The translations under genes and the position numbers were made by a program. Source: Eledone cirrhosa (lineage: Eukaryota). Taken from it: a stretch of 64,000 bases of DNA. The stretch lies in NCBI GenBank assembly GCA_964016885.1, contig OZ024741.1, positions 205,096,001 to 205,160,000 of the forward strand. Reading direction: 5' to 3'. This document shows, one piece after another, positions 24,463 to 37,539 of the stretch. The stretch's first letter is position 1. The number at the start of each line of letters is the position of its first letter. Under the pieces are notes generated by a model. The model did not search any database. It saw nothing but the letters and a program-made list of their open reading frames with translations, and had not been told where the DNA came from.

Positions 24463-24988
24463 TATATGTATATATATGTCATCTATTTATGTTCATTTTC
24501 CAGGCTGGTTCTGGGACTAGATATGTCAGGGAACAATGTCTTGCTCATAAGGTCCATTATGATATGCAAGGATACAATGTACCAATTTTAAAACAGGATA
24601 CATACAGTTAATTGGGATATAAATGATTTCTTCTTGTAAATACTTAAAGGGAGATACTATAGTTGATGAATTAACACTGATACTTCAATGGTGGTCACAC
24701 TGGAACAATCTGAACTCAAAACATAAGATACCAGACTATCCTGTAAGTATCTTTACAAGCTGTAAATCACTACAAACAAGCCAAAGAATGAAAAAGAAAC
24801 TGCATTTTCCGCACCTCTTCTAGAAAATTAATTGTACAAACAAAAAACAATATAATGTTAAATGGTTTTAATCAGAAATTGAAACCTAGTTACCGGCTAT
24901 TGTCCAACCAAACCCTAACTACTATTTACCCTTTGTCTAATTTAAGTACTTACATAACAACAACAAAAACATCAAAGCATATATTTAC

Positions 24989-25032
24989 CTCATGTCTGGA
25001 GAGAAGTCAGTTGTGCAAGCATACCCTGACAC
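24989..25032 (-). CDS. CDC40: CDC40 44-bp exon
   Basis: ttttctag|VSGYACTTDFSPDM(S)|gtaaat; phases 0/2 fit the neighbours; human equivalent VAGYACQVDFSPDMS. Confidence 0.95.
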
Positions 25033-25200
25033 CTAGAAAAACAGAGAGAGTAAGAAAGGTTTACATGTGGAACGAACCCCTAAATATAGCAGGTCAACTT
25101 TGATCTTTACCACTTTGTGATTAATAAAAATGGAATGGATCTTCAGTTTCGATAATGGGTGTTGTAGTTGTTTGAAAAACAGAATGCCAGCTCATGAAAT

Positions 25201-25388
25201 TAATTGTTTCTACTTTAGGCACAAGGCCAGCAATTACCCAGTACATTACTGGTACTTTATTTTATCGACCCCGTAAGGATGAAAGGCAAAGTCAACCTGG
25301 GCAGGATTTGAACTCAGATCGTAAAGGGACGTAACTATGCTGGAAAGCATGGCGTCCGTCCCTCTACCGATACTGCCAATCCACCACC
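25201..25388 (-). mobile_element. Nin/Deu-like SINE
   Basis: Same family as 5131-5303. Confidence 0.82.
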
Positions 25389-26049
25389 TAGCTCATGAAA
25401 TTAATGTCAGTGGCTGAGTATTCTACAGTCACGTGGGTTGTAAATTTAATTTGATTTTTTTTTCATATACACAATTACATAAATTTCAAAACAAAACATA
25501 AGAAATTACCTCCTAAGTATTATTTTTATACTTTTGAATTAACAGACACTGGATAGCAGAATTGGTAAAGCAGCAAATAAAATGCATTGCAGTATTTACG
25601 TATGACTGTTTATGAGCCCAGTTAAAATTCCATAGAGATTGGCTTTTCCTTTCTTTGGTGTCAATAAAATAAAAAAATGTGTGGTGCTGGAGAAGACCAG
25701 CCCATCTGAGCAGGCACGGCAGAACAGATGTTAAAATAGTGGTAGGAATGGTGGCTGGGAGGTATAAAATATCTAAATTTTGGTTCTCTCATCCAAAATG
25801 TCTCTAATAAGTTTCCATTTACTTTCCCCCATATCTGTCACTCACTGTACTATACAGTTCATATAACCAGTGGTAGCATTAGATCTGTCTGGCACTCATC
25901 TCTGATGTTTATTCACCAACTCTCATATCCACTGCACAATGCCGATTTCTGTGCACCCTCTCCCTAACGCTACTTCTCTCATTAATGATCTCTTTACTAT
26001 CCATCACTTAACAGCAAACATGTAGCTACCATTACAGTCTCTCTTTCAA

Positions 26050-26232
26050 GATTGGCAGTATCGGTAGAGGGTCACGCCATGCTTTGACGCATAGAATTAC
26101 GGCCCTTGCCATTCTGAGTTCAAATCCCGCCGAGGTTAACTTTGTCTTTCATCCTTACGGGGTCGATAAAATAAAGTACCAGTAATGTACTGGGTAATTG
26201 CTGGCCTTGTGCCAAATGTAGAAACAATTATT
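26050..26232 (+). mobile_element. Nin/Deu-like SINE
   Basis: TGGCAGTATCGG A box, GAGTTCAAATCCC B box, CTTTCATCCTTACGGGGTCGATAAAA. Further degenerate copies at ~29243-29375, 29790-30020, 31360-31500 and 62030-62170. Confidence 0.82.
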
Positions 26233-26678
26233 TCCTCTAACACTGTTATTTTCCCATTACTTTCCCCTCTAAAATCTCCATCATACCATTGTGATCTTTT
26301 TTCATTACTCTCTTCAGTACTGTCACTCTCTCTCTCCTACTATTCCCTCACCCAAAGCACTGTTTCTCCTACCACACTCTCTAACTCCCTTTATCCATTC
26401 TTGCCATTGCTCTCTCTTCTGTTCACCTATTGACTTAAATGAAGTCAAAGTAAAGTCAGAAACATTTAGTTTTGCATGATACAAGGCAACCTTATTTGCA
26501 CAAAATACACCCAATAAGGTGACTGCTAATAAAACAGAGACAACACATGGTCAAGAAAACTCTTTAGTCCAAGCAAGGACATATAACAAGTACACACTGT
26601 AAAGTGGGCAGTGTTAAGAAGGGCATTCAGCTGTAGACACCACATCAAGAAATATATGTGAAAAAACTTTATATTTAC

Positions 26679-26779
26679 CATATGCCCAGTAAACATCTTT
26701 TTCTTCATGAATTTAAATCTGTTGAGAACATTGAATATACAAATCTTGTTGTCCATTGACTGACATGCTAGCCATTTTC
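26679..26779 (-). CDS. CDC40: CDC40 exon
   Basis: tag|(G)KWLACQSMDNKICIFNVLNRFKFMKKKMFTGHM|gtaaat. Confidence 0.96.
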
Positions 26780-26899
26780 CTAAAAAAGAAATTATAACAA
26801 TAGATTATATTTTTCTAGTAATGTAGTATAACTAATTGTAACAATGTGGTATATGTTACTGTAACAATATAGTATAAGGACATCACAAGAGATTGGGTC

Positions 26900-27283
26900 C
26901 TGTACCAGGATAACGTGTATGCTCACAGCACTTTCAATTAGAACAAAACATTTTAAGAAAAGCATTCCCATTCTTCCACATCCTCCCTACAACCCAGATC
27001 CAGCTCTGTGTGATTTTTACCTCTTTCCTAAATTGAAATCAAAGTTGAAGCATCATTATTTTGGAAAGTGTGGAAAACATACCAAAAATTTGTAACCAAT
27101 GAGCTAAGAGGACACTCACAGAAAATGACTTCCGATACTGCTACAATCAATAGAAAATACGTTGGAACCACTGTGTGACTTCCCAAGTGTTGTATTTGGA
27201 AGGAGATAACTTGTAATTTCATGTGCACCTGATATACACTTAAATAAAACATCAGTACCCTTACTTTTGGGACAAACCTCATA
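26900..27283 (+). mobile_element. mariner 3' remnant with TIR
   Basis: HPPYNPDPALCDFYLFPKLK-like motif; end TTACTTTTGGGACAAACCTCATA. Confidence 0.7.
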
Positions 27284-27808
27284 CACATTATTGCAACAAT
27301 GTAGCATACATTATTGTGACAAGGTAACACATGTCAGAGTGATAAGGTAACATATGTTGATCTGTCAATATATTTTTATATCATTTCAATAATTGTCTCA
27401 ATAAGGACAATAACTGGGAGCTAAATAATTGATTCTACAAATAAGCATTCAAATCATACTTCAGCTGCTGTGTTGAGCCAATGAACAAGGTACTTGTATC
27501 GTTGTTAAAACAGTAAAAAATAAAATATACAAAGGAGAGTAAGGCACGTTGAAGCAACAGTAGACTTATTTTGGCTTCTTTCTTGCTAACAAAACTTGTT
27601 AGGTTTACTTGATTCTAGGCATTATTTCTACATTGGAACTCCTCCTTTAAATCATTGAGAGGTTCATCAATGAGAATTGGGTCATTGGCATATAAAAGTT
27701 GTCATGGACAGCTAGAAATCAAGAAACAAACGACTGTGTATGTTTGTATGTTTTAAGAAGCGAATGCATATATAGCAGGCAATATGAAACACCCTTTCAA
27801 AATCTTAC

Positions 27809-27885
27809 CATTTGGTGATAAAGTGACAGCTGGCATAGAATGCATTGAAGGGTCTGCAATGTATTTGAAATCAACTGGTACATCC
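27809..27885 (-). CDS. CDC40: CDC40 exon
   Basis: cag|(W)DVPVDFKYIADPSMHSMPAVTLSPN(G)|gtaag. Confidence 0.96.
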
Positions 27886-29594
27886 CTGAAATAAACAATC
27901 TATATTGAATGGCAGAAACAGGAAATGACCCAATGACATAAAGTTTATTACCTGAAGAAGTGTAATTTTCTTTCTTTTTTTTTTACCTTTTGGAATAGTC
28001 TGAAGGAGAAAACCTCTGAAGCTGGTGGAAGTTATTCTCAGATCAATAACTAGGTCTGAAAGCTTGCAACAAAGTGAACTCTACTCTGCTAAGTGCAGCC
28101 AAGGACCAAGTACTGTTGTTAAACCAGATACAGTCCATCTAATAAGCTTTTAGACAATTTTCATCTGCAAAGTTTCCACACACACAAAGCTTCCATAGCC
28201 ACTTATGGCTCTAGAAGACATATATTCAAGGTACTGTGCAGTGGAATCAAACTCAGAACTATGTATTTGTGAAATAAGCTTCTTAACAACATAACCATAC
28301 CTGTACACATATGGTGTTATAATAACTGCATATCAACTGCAAGGTAGAGACAGATAAATGCTCCACCTTTAATACTTGTCTATGTAAACTGCTCTAATAC
28401 TGTAGTTTTCTTGGTCAGTTAAAAAACTTGATACTAAGCTTACCAAAACTGGTTCTGGTTGTATGAAACAAAACCATCCATTTTAAAGGGTTTCTAATTA
28501 AATTAAAATTTTCCAACATAATTTTATATAAGAACCCTATGTTAAACTAATATCTTAGTAATGAAATAATTAATAATTTTAGTAAATCCCTCAAAATTCT
28601 TCATCAATTAATTGAAATACAATCAATTAAATGATAAGGTTATTATGCAATGTCTTCTGACATAATGTATAAAAAACAAAATCAACTATTTTTACACTAC
28701 AAGACCTAATTTCTGTTAAAAGAAAACCATGAGTAATTAACAAATGCTATTACATGGAGTGTTGCACAAATGAATCCAAAGACCTAGGTTTTGAAAATAC
28801 AACAATGATTAATCCTCATCACTCTCATCATTGTTTATTTTCCATGCTTGCATGGGTTAGATGGGTTGTTACATACTTAAGATGACCATGTCTTGCTTAT
28901 ACAATCTGTTTTTCAATTGATTTCTACAGTTGGTTGCCCTTCCTCATGCCAACCACTTTACAACATGTACTGGGAGTATTTTATCATGACTCCAGCGTTA
29001 CTGCTTTACAGAGCAGAATGGATGCTTTTCATTGTGGTATGAGCATTACCACTTTATAGGCTAAAGATAATCTGTTTATGTATACTGAAAATGTAGATCT
29101 GAGAATGAATTCTTTGAGACATTCAAGCATAACCAAAAGGTGGTAAGATAATAGTTGGAACTTGACAAATTGATTTGGAAGTGAGATCAGATACACTTAA
29201 AGAAAGAAATAGCCTTGTTATGAATAAAAGTAAAAGTAAGATGGTGAATTGGCTGAGTTGTTAAGGCGTTAGATTAAAAATGCCTTGGTATTGGTTCTGG
29301 CTCATGGCACTTTGACCCTAAATCCCGCCAAGCCCAACTTTGTCATTCATCCAGTCAAGTACTGAGTTTGATTCTCCCCTCTCTTTCTTAGGAAGAAATT
29401 GGCTGTGTTCAAATCTGGAGAGGAGATGGATTCTACCAAGTTTTAAAATCTTAAGACATGTCATTAAGAGCCCCTCTCCTCATATATGTAAAAGAGTAGG
29501 GAAGAGGCCATTTATCCACACAATTCGAAATTAGCCAGGAAAAGAAAAATTATAAAAAATCCAGCATTAGAAACTGCCGTACAATTGAACTTAC

Positions 29595-29728
29595 CATTCC
29601 CAGACACGAAGACTTTTGTCATCTGAAGTGGTTACAAATCTACGGTTTTGGTCAACAAAGGTTATAGTATTTACAGCTCCTAAATGTCGATCATATTCCT
29701 GCATGACATCACCAGAACGAATGTCCCA
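29595..29728 (-). CDS. CDC40: CDC40 exon
   Basis: tag|[44 protein letters not shown](W)|gtaag. Confidence 0.97.
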
Positions 29729-30737
29729 CTAGAAAAACAACAAAAAATATTCGTAGTAGTAGTAGCAGCAACAGCGGTGGTAGTGGTGATGCTTTCTATC
29801 ATTGGTGTAAGGGTACAAATTGTTTTTTTATTTTTTTAGAAGAGAAGTCAATATTAGATTAATCACAGTATTAGACTGGTACTTTATTAAATCTAGTATA
29901 TGGCTGATACTTTATTTTATCTACTCAGGAAGGAGAAAAATCAAAATCAAATCCAACAGGATCTGAACTCTAAATGTATAAAGTGACATGACAAATTACC
30001 ACACTACCAATTTTGCCAATAACAGTAATAACAAAAAGGCTGTTTCATCCAATCCCTCAGAAAGTTGAAGCCATGACTTCTTCTAATGGCTGCTTTACAA
30101 CAATGTATTGCTACTTCTGTTACAAGCTGATACTATCTGCTGGTTGCAACTTTTGACAGAAGGAGATTTGAACTAAAATTGGACAGAGCCAGATCAGATA
30201 CAGCAAAACACTCTACCTGAAACGATAATAAATTTCACTAATCTACAGCTTCTGGACTTATACTTCATTTATTGATCCCAAAAAGAAGAATGATAAACAT
30301 GTAATTGACACTAAAAACAGAAAGCTGAAGTAGATGTATCCTAAAATAAGATAGAGAATCATAAAATTATTGGTTAGATATACATATTGATATGTCTGGT
30401 GGACGCATGAGCAGAAGGATGTGTTTTTTCTTGCCGCCGGCATATCACAAATGCATGAATTACATCTTGATTGCATGGGAGAACCGTTGAAATAATTATA
30501 ATGAATAAACGATTTATGTAATCAGCATCTTTATTAATATTATTATTATTATTATATAAATATATATAATACAATTTATCAAGGATTTTGAAAGATTTCA
30601 AATTTCAAACACTGATATACAAAATTTGATTCTCTGTGGATTCTGGCTACTTATTTTCTCTCCCGAAGGGTATTTTACCTGATTTTCTGATGCTAGGATT
30701 ATTGTAGCAAATCTGAGTTTGGATTTCAAAATTTCTA

Positions 30738-30788
<51 letters not shown>

Positions 30789-31519
30789 CTTGGTCACAAT
30801 ACCAGGCACCGAAGGTGAGAGAAAGACTAAAAGAATCCTTCCCTGTTGCTGATAATTGCTCATTATAATTAAAAATATCTTGAACTATAATGAGAAATGT
30901 TTAACGTATAACTGTTTCATAGTGGATTCTAATTTAGGCACAAGGCCAACAATTTTGGGGGGAGGGGAAAGTCCTTGGAAGGATTTGAAACCAGAATGTA
31001 GAGGGCTATAATATGATATGCTGCAATGCATTTCATCTGACACACGAATGATTCTGCCAATCCATGGCTCTCAACAACAATAACAATAATATATATATGC
31101 ATGCAAATCGAGTTAAATTTTTACCCTTGCTATATATATACAGATCCTGTTGGATTTGATTTTGATTTATGCATGCAAGTCCTGTAACTCCTGTGGGAAT
31201 CGTAGAGGGGCTGTATTGACATACAACATTTCCTGGGCATTTTTTAAACCTGGCAGAGATCAATCCTCTCCATGTCTGAATACAGCAGATTTCTTCCAGA
31301 GAAGGATAGAGAGTGGGAGAATGGAAGTGTGAAAGAGACACAGAGAAAGAATCAACTCCAGTACTCAATTGGTACTTTTTTTATCGACTTTGAATGGATG
31401 AAAGGCAAAGTTGACCACAGTGGGATTTGAACTCAGAGAGTAAATGACTGAAATGAATACCTCAAAACATACTATTTGATGATCTAATAAGTCTACCAAT
31501 TTGCCTAAATATGTATATT

Positions 31520-32130
31520 CATGCAAGATGACCGAACACATCAAGCAGAGATATTGCATCAAGTTTTGCCAAAAGCTTGGTGATATTCAAGCTCAAACCA
31601 TTCAGAAGATTCAGCAGGCCTTTGGCGATGATGCCATGGGCAAAACTCAGATCAAGGAGTGGTACAACTTCTTCAAATATTGCCACACCTCAGTGGAGTG
31701 AGGTACACTCAGGTGGGCCAGCCACAAGCCAAAACGAGAAGCCGATTGAGAAGGTTCAGCTTATAGTCATGAAAGACTGTTGTGTAACAATCCAGGAAAT
31801 TGCTCATGGAGTGGGAATAAGGACAGGATCATTGCCTTCCATTTTAACGGAGGAATTGTGCATGTGGAGGGTGTTGGTGAAATTTGCCCTCAAGGTGCTG
31901 GCAGAGCAGCAGAAGAAACTCTGCATGGAAACCACTCAGGACATGCTGTACTGTGCAAACCACAACCCAGACTTCATGAAGACCATCATCACTGGTGTTG
32001 AGACATGGGTTTATGGTTACAAACCAGAAACCAAGTTCCAGTCCTCCCAATGAAAGCACCCATTATCACCAAGGCCCCCAAAAGCAGCAATGTAAATGTA
32101 ATGTTGACCTGTATCTTTGACGCCTGTGGT
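31520..32130 (+). mobile_element. mariner transposase pseudogene fragment
   Basis: QRYCIKFCQKLGD.., ITGVETWVYGYKPETKFQSSQ*; frameshifted. Confidence 0.85.
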
Positions 32131-32684
32131 AGGTGACATGACAAAAAACACCCAGCACACTGTAAATGCGGTTGGTGTTAGGAAAGATGTCTAGCCATAG
32201 AAACTAAGCTAAAACCAGTTCTGTATGAACAAGACATGGTCATTTGACCTGGCTTGTCTCACAACGGGGCAACTCGTCAAACCCATACTATCATGGAAAA
32301 ATGGATGTTAAATGGTGATGATGATGTATATTTATCAATGTATCTATTTTTTTCAATAGCAGTCCAAAGTTAATGATTAAAGAAAACAATTGTAATTGAT
32401 TTAAATGAATGTAAAATGAAATATGGTGATAGCTGGACTGTCAAGAGGGAGAAGGTGAAGGAAAATTGAAGATTCAAGTATCTTTACATAGAATGCTGTA
32501 AGCAAGGAACTACTGAATATTTTTTACCATAAACCTCATCATTTTTCTTGGGCGCTATACTAGTATATATATATATATGTATCTATATCTATATCATCAT
32601 CATTTAACGTCCATCTTCCATGCTAATATATCTATATCTAAACACACACACACACAAAGATAAGTATATAAAAACAATATTTAC

Positions 32685-32800
32685 ACAAACAATCTTCTTG
32701 TCTGAAGTTCCCGCTACAAATAAATTCTGTTTATCTTCATCAGGATTGAATTTCACACAATATGGTACTTTACGACTAGAAAAGTGAGAAATGCATTCAC
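32685..32800 (-). CDS. CDC40: CDC40 exon
   Basis: tag|(G)[38 protein letters not shown]|gtaaat. Confidence 0.97.
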
Positions 32801-33041
32801 CTAGAAGACAAAATAGAAGAAAAACAAACATAGCAATAAAATAATATAAAATAAATAAATAAATACAAAAACTAACATATCTCATTAAATCCTTTCATTA
32901 ACATATTTCTAATGAAAGAAACTACTTTTGATTTTCAGATAATTAAAAATTGGGAAGGATTTAGTAATATAACTTTTTCATTATCAAGTTGGTACTTGGA
33001 ACATTTCCATTATATAAAAAAAAAATGTTGAATGCTTTTAC

Positions 33042-33189
33042 CAGTTTCAGTATCCCAGAGTTTACAATATCGATCATAAGCACAGCTGAGGAAACTTGTG
33101 CCAGTATTATTGAAGCAAATATCTCTGACTGCCTGCTTATGTCCCAAATATGTCCTCACACACCGACGTTGATTGTATACTTCCCAAAT
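33042..33189 (-). CDS. CDC40: CDC40 exon
   Basis: tag|[49 protein letters not shown](G)|gtaaa. Confidence 0.97.
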
Positions 33190-33497
33190 CTAGAGTGAAA
33201 AAGTAAAGATAATAATTTCTTTATTAGCCACAAAGGCATATACATCGAATACAATAAATGCCAACATAGTTCAGCAGAAAATATTAAAAACGGACTTGTT
33301 AATATAAATGCTTATAGTATCATTACTAGTGGACAGATTATTGTGAAAATTTGCAGGAAACTAAAGTAAAAACTTAAAATTTTAATGTGATGAAATTATA
33401 GTGTTTGTTGCTAGGAATCGCTTACTAATACAGTTTCACCATGAGATGAATTCAATGACACCATGTGAGCACAAATAAATTCTTCATAATGTAAGTG

Positions 33498-33703
33498 TCT
33501 GTTCTACTGAAATTAAGGAGTTTGTCTCATACAAACTACTTTTATCTTTATGTATTAATTTTGTTCCTTCTCATCATTATGTGTTTAGAATGTAACACTC
33601 TATAACAGTATCTGTTTTACTGAAATTAAGGAGTTTGTCTCAGATAAACTACTTTTATCTTTATACATTAATTTTGTTCCTTCTTATCATTATGTATTTA
33701 GAA
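33498..33703. repeat. Direct duplication, ~93-bp unit with period 113
   Basis: TCTGTTYTACTGAAATTAAGGAGTTTGTCTCA...TTTAGAA at 33498 and 33611. Confidence 0.85.
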
Positions 33704-33845
33704 GACTGAAAATCTTAATAACAAACATTGCGCTGTATTTAATTTGAGTTTTTGAACCATTTTTTTAATAAACCACCATCAGAATTTAATAAAAAATAAC
33801 ATTGAAGAACAATTATATATATATATATCCAATTGCTCTTCATGT

Positions 33846-35390
33846 ATATCATCATCATCGTTTTAAGTCTGCTTTTCCATGCTTGCATGGGATGAACAGG
33901 TCCTTCTCAGCACAGCATCATTCCACTTGTTGCATTCCTTCATCATCTGCCAGTCTTAGCAGATTTGAGGTCTGCTTTCACAATCTTTGCCCAGGTCTTT
34001 TTTGGTCATCCTCCAACTGCAAGTCTCGCCAGTAGTTTGCAAAAGGTTGTCATGTAAGAATTTCCAGTTGTTCTCTATGTTGTATATATGTAGCTTATCA
34101 TCCCTCTCATCAAGTGCATTCTGTAGAACCTTTGTAAACCTATATTGAGCTTCCACACCCTTCATCTCCATATTTTCCTGCGTGTTTTGTTCTCTCTTTT
34201 GTTTATTTTGATGTCACTAATAAGTAACTTGTCATGGGTAGTGCATTCTTCCCTAGGGAAGGTCTTAGTATTTATTACAGTCTGTTTGTCTTGTCTAACA
34301 AGTGAGTAATCAATTTGGCTTGTGTGTTCACCAGATTGATATAAAATCAGGTGGTTGGCTGGTTTCCTGAAATTTGTGTTGCAGATGATTAATTCATTTG
34401 CATCACAGAATTCCATAACCTTAGCCACCACGAACTCTGCTGAATCGATCCTGGTACTGTCCAATATGTCCATTAAGGTCACCTGCCAGGATGATGAGGT
34501 CTCTTTCATCAGTACCTGAAGTTGTCTGTAAAAGTTCCTCATAGAACCTGTCCTTTTGTTCTTTACCCAGTCCTGCCTGCGGAGCATAGGTAGATGTGAC
34601 TGTCACCAGTATATTTCCTACAGTTATTCTAAGCTTGATAATTTTGTCACTTACTCTACCTCTATCACCTTATCTATCCATTTCTCAGCTAGTAGGATGC
34701 CCACACCCCCTACTCCATTGTCATTTCCTACCCAGTAGAGTTTATATCTAAGTTACTTGCCTGTGATTCGTCTCACTGAGTCAACTCTCTATCTTACTTC
34801 TTGTACACAGCATACATCTACTCCTCTTCTCTCTAAAAGTTTCACAATTTCCCCTGATTTGCCTTTCAGAGTTGCCAACATTGAGGGTGGCAATCCTGAG
34901 ATTTGTACTTTGATAGTGGTTAGTGTTCCTTGAGTAGCAGTGCTTTGTACTTGGAAGGGAAAAATGCTGTATGATTGCTTGATGGTAGTCGAGGAATTCT
35001 TGCACATGACTAGTTTGGTCATCTCACTATCATGCACAGCACTAAGATGACTAGTGTTAGCCCTGTATATGCAATTAGTGTCAATCTTATTTGTTGTGCT
35101 TTCCATAATTTTGGCAGGATTTTTTGTGGCTGGATTCCCTTCCTATCACCAATCACTTTACAGTGTGAACTGGGTGCATTATTTGTGAAACCAATACTAG
35201 AGAGGTTGTCTTACTGGACTTGAAAGTCCTCTCTACATCACATCAAGTTTTTTATTCAGAATATCTACTCTCCTACTCTCCTAGATGGGCTGCCTTCACT
35301 ACAGTTTACAGTGTCCACACCTGCCCTGTGCAGTCATTTTTAATCGGTGTCACTGTCCTCCTAGACAGGTTGCCTTCACTACAATTTAAT
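33846..35390 (-). mobile_element. Internally deleted RTE LINE (5' UTR and endonuclease joined to the 3' tail)
   Basis: ATLNVG..CCVQEVR, TYAPQAGL, GDLNGHIG, SQIDY; tail at 33846-33990; the module lies upstream of the ORF at ~35110-35220. Confidence 0.85.
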
Positions 35391-35974
35391 ATATACATAA
35401 ATATGTTGTTGTTAGACCTCCATGGGTTTCGATAAGTGTTCTAGTTGTTAGAATAATGGAACTGCTTGCTTATGAAATTAACATACCAGTGGCTGAGCAT
35501 TCCACAGTCACATAGTTCTCAGGGAGATATGATTGGTTCCTTGAATTACAGACAAAACTCATTTTTGCCAGCTCAGTAAACTGGAGCAATGTGAAATAAA
35601 GTCATATATAAAGCTAAATCTGTGGAGAATTAGAGACGATATTCCAGGTATAGAAGAAAAACCTAGAATCCAAAGGACTGAAAATAAACTTAGCAAAGAC
35701 TAAAGTCCTAATAGGTAGGAAAGAGGACAGGAAACTGATACCATCAGTGAGGTGGCTTTGCTTGATGTGTGGAAAAGGCTTGAGGGGCACACACAGAAAT
35801 GCAATATGATTGCAGGCAGGTTAAAAGAGAAGATAGACTTTATATGCAATAGATGCTCATGTGAAATTTTGTTACCTAGGTGACCAAATCAGCAGTGAGG
35901 GAGTATGCTCTGAAAGTGTGATAGCCAGGGTAAAAATTGATGGAGGTCCAACAACATATTTAAATATATATATA

Positions 35975-36165
35975 GGAAAAAGTATGACCCCGATGGCAGA
36001 GCTCAAGCTGTTTCAACGGCTATTTCTGGACAGAAATAGCCATCGAAACGGCTTGAGCTCTGCCGTCGGGGTCATACTTTTTCCTATTTCCCACTCTACT
36101 ACCCTAAGTATTGAGTACCCTGGTGTGTTATGGTCCATCTGGTTCCTTACCACAATTCCTTTGTT
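35975..36165 (+). mobile_element. Unclassified ~190-bp hairpin element in (TA)n
   Basis: ~56-bp inverted arms (35972-36087) plus a unique tail; reverse-orientation homolog at 60636-60820. Confidence 0.75.
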
Positions 36166-36262
36166 ATATATATATATATACATATAATTGGTGTGCAATG
36201 CTTAAAGCGTCCGTAAGCGGTAGGCCATTTGAGCACTTGATGCTCTTACAGAGCAGAGTATA

Positions 36263-36405
36263 ATATCACATAAGAAACGGAGAATCAGTGGTGCGACGAA
36301 TAAAATTTATTCGACATATTACAATCGTTTCTCTGGCGACCAGCTCGAGGCACGATCGATGCAATGATCGAACCTGACTCTGAATTCTCCATTTCTTATG
36401 TGATA
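36263..36405. mobile_element. Small element with ~25-bp terminal inverted repeats
   Basis: ATATCACATAAGAAACGGAGAATC / GAATTCTCCATTTCTTATGTGATAT. Confidence 0.6.
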
Positions 36406-37539
36406 TATATATATATGTATGTGTGTAATATATATACATATATACACACACATAGATACATACATAGGAAGGATAAACCACAGTAGCAGCCATGCCAAAA
36501 GGGTCGGTCAAGAGGACTCTGCACTTGTGTCAATGGCGTGACAATCTGTCTAATGTTGGTGGGCGATCTACGTGATAAGAGCCCCAGTACACATTGTAAA
36601 GTGGTTGGTGATAGGAAGGTCATCCAGCAGTAGAAATTTTGCCAAACAAAGGGTTGGCAGGACCCTCCCTCCAACTTCTCTAGTGCTGGTGTAGCACTAA
36701 AATGCTCACATTGGAGTGTGGGGTTGTGAGCAAGATGTGGAGCCTCGGTCTGTCTGGGAGGCCAGTAACTCCGCTTAAGTACTGACTTGGTCTGTGAAGA
36801 CTCGTCTAACCCTTGCTAACAGTAAAACACTGCCTCAAAAAATCCCTTCCCTTAACTTTGCTCTTGGTATGTTTCTAGAGGGTAGAAACAAATAGTTTTT
36901 TTTTAATGCCAAAGTAAGAGGGGGGGGGGGGGAGAAGGCAGAGCCTGGATGGACTGAGAGAGAAGCTGGATTTAAGAGGAATCTGATGAGTGAAGAAGTG
37001 CCAGAAAATGCCAGTGGATGGAAGCTGCAGTAGAAATAGACAGAGAAAGACCTGGGTAGAGGTGATGACAAAGAAACGTGGCCAGTGGAGAGATGCTGTG
37101 CTGAAAAGGACCTATCCAAACATGCAAACATGGAAAAAAGAACGTAAAAACGAGGATGACGATGATGCTTGTAAGCAAGCAGTTGCAACACTTCCAGCAG
37201 ATGCCAACTTAATAAAGAAAAAAAACCCCCATCAAAAATGAAGCATTCTTATATTAGGAAATAGAAACATAATCAAACAGGGGGTTTAAGTAAGGTAGTA
37301 GATGACATGTAGGAGTGGTACTGTGTGAGAGTTTAACAGTGTTTCTGTTGGAAATCTTATGATGATGATGTTGTGGAGGCTAGTGCTTTTTTAAAAGTTA
37401 AATAAGCGTCTTAGCTATTGGTATGACAACCTCAACATTGTGTGGACGGTTGAATCAAGTACTTTTTCAGGTGCAGAAGCACCTACTGGGTCCTCTAATG
37501 TGTAGAGGGTAGTAAGAAAATTTCTCATTGTATCTGCTC

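Noticed and set aside
27590-27715. Apparent extra minus-strand exon after a ttctag acceptor
   Set aside because: It translates as CP*QLLYAND.., a decayed RTE YADD region, and CDC40 is complete without it.
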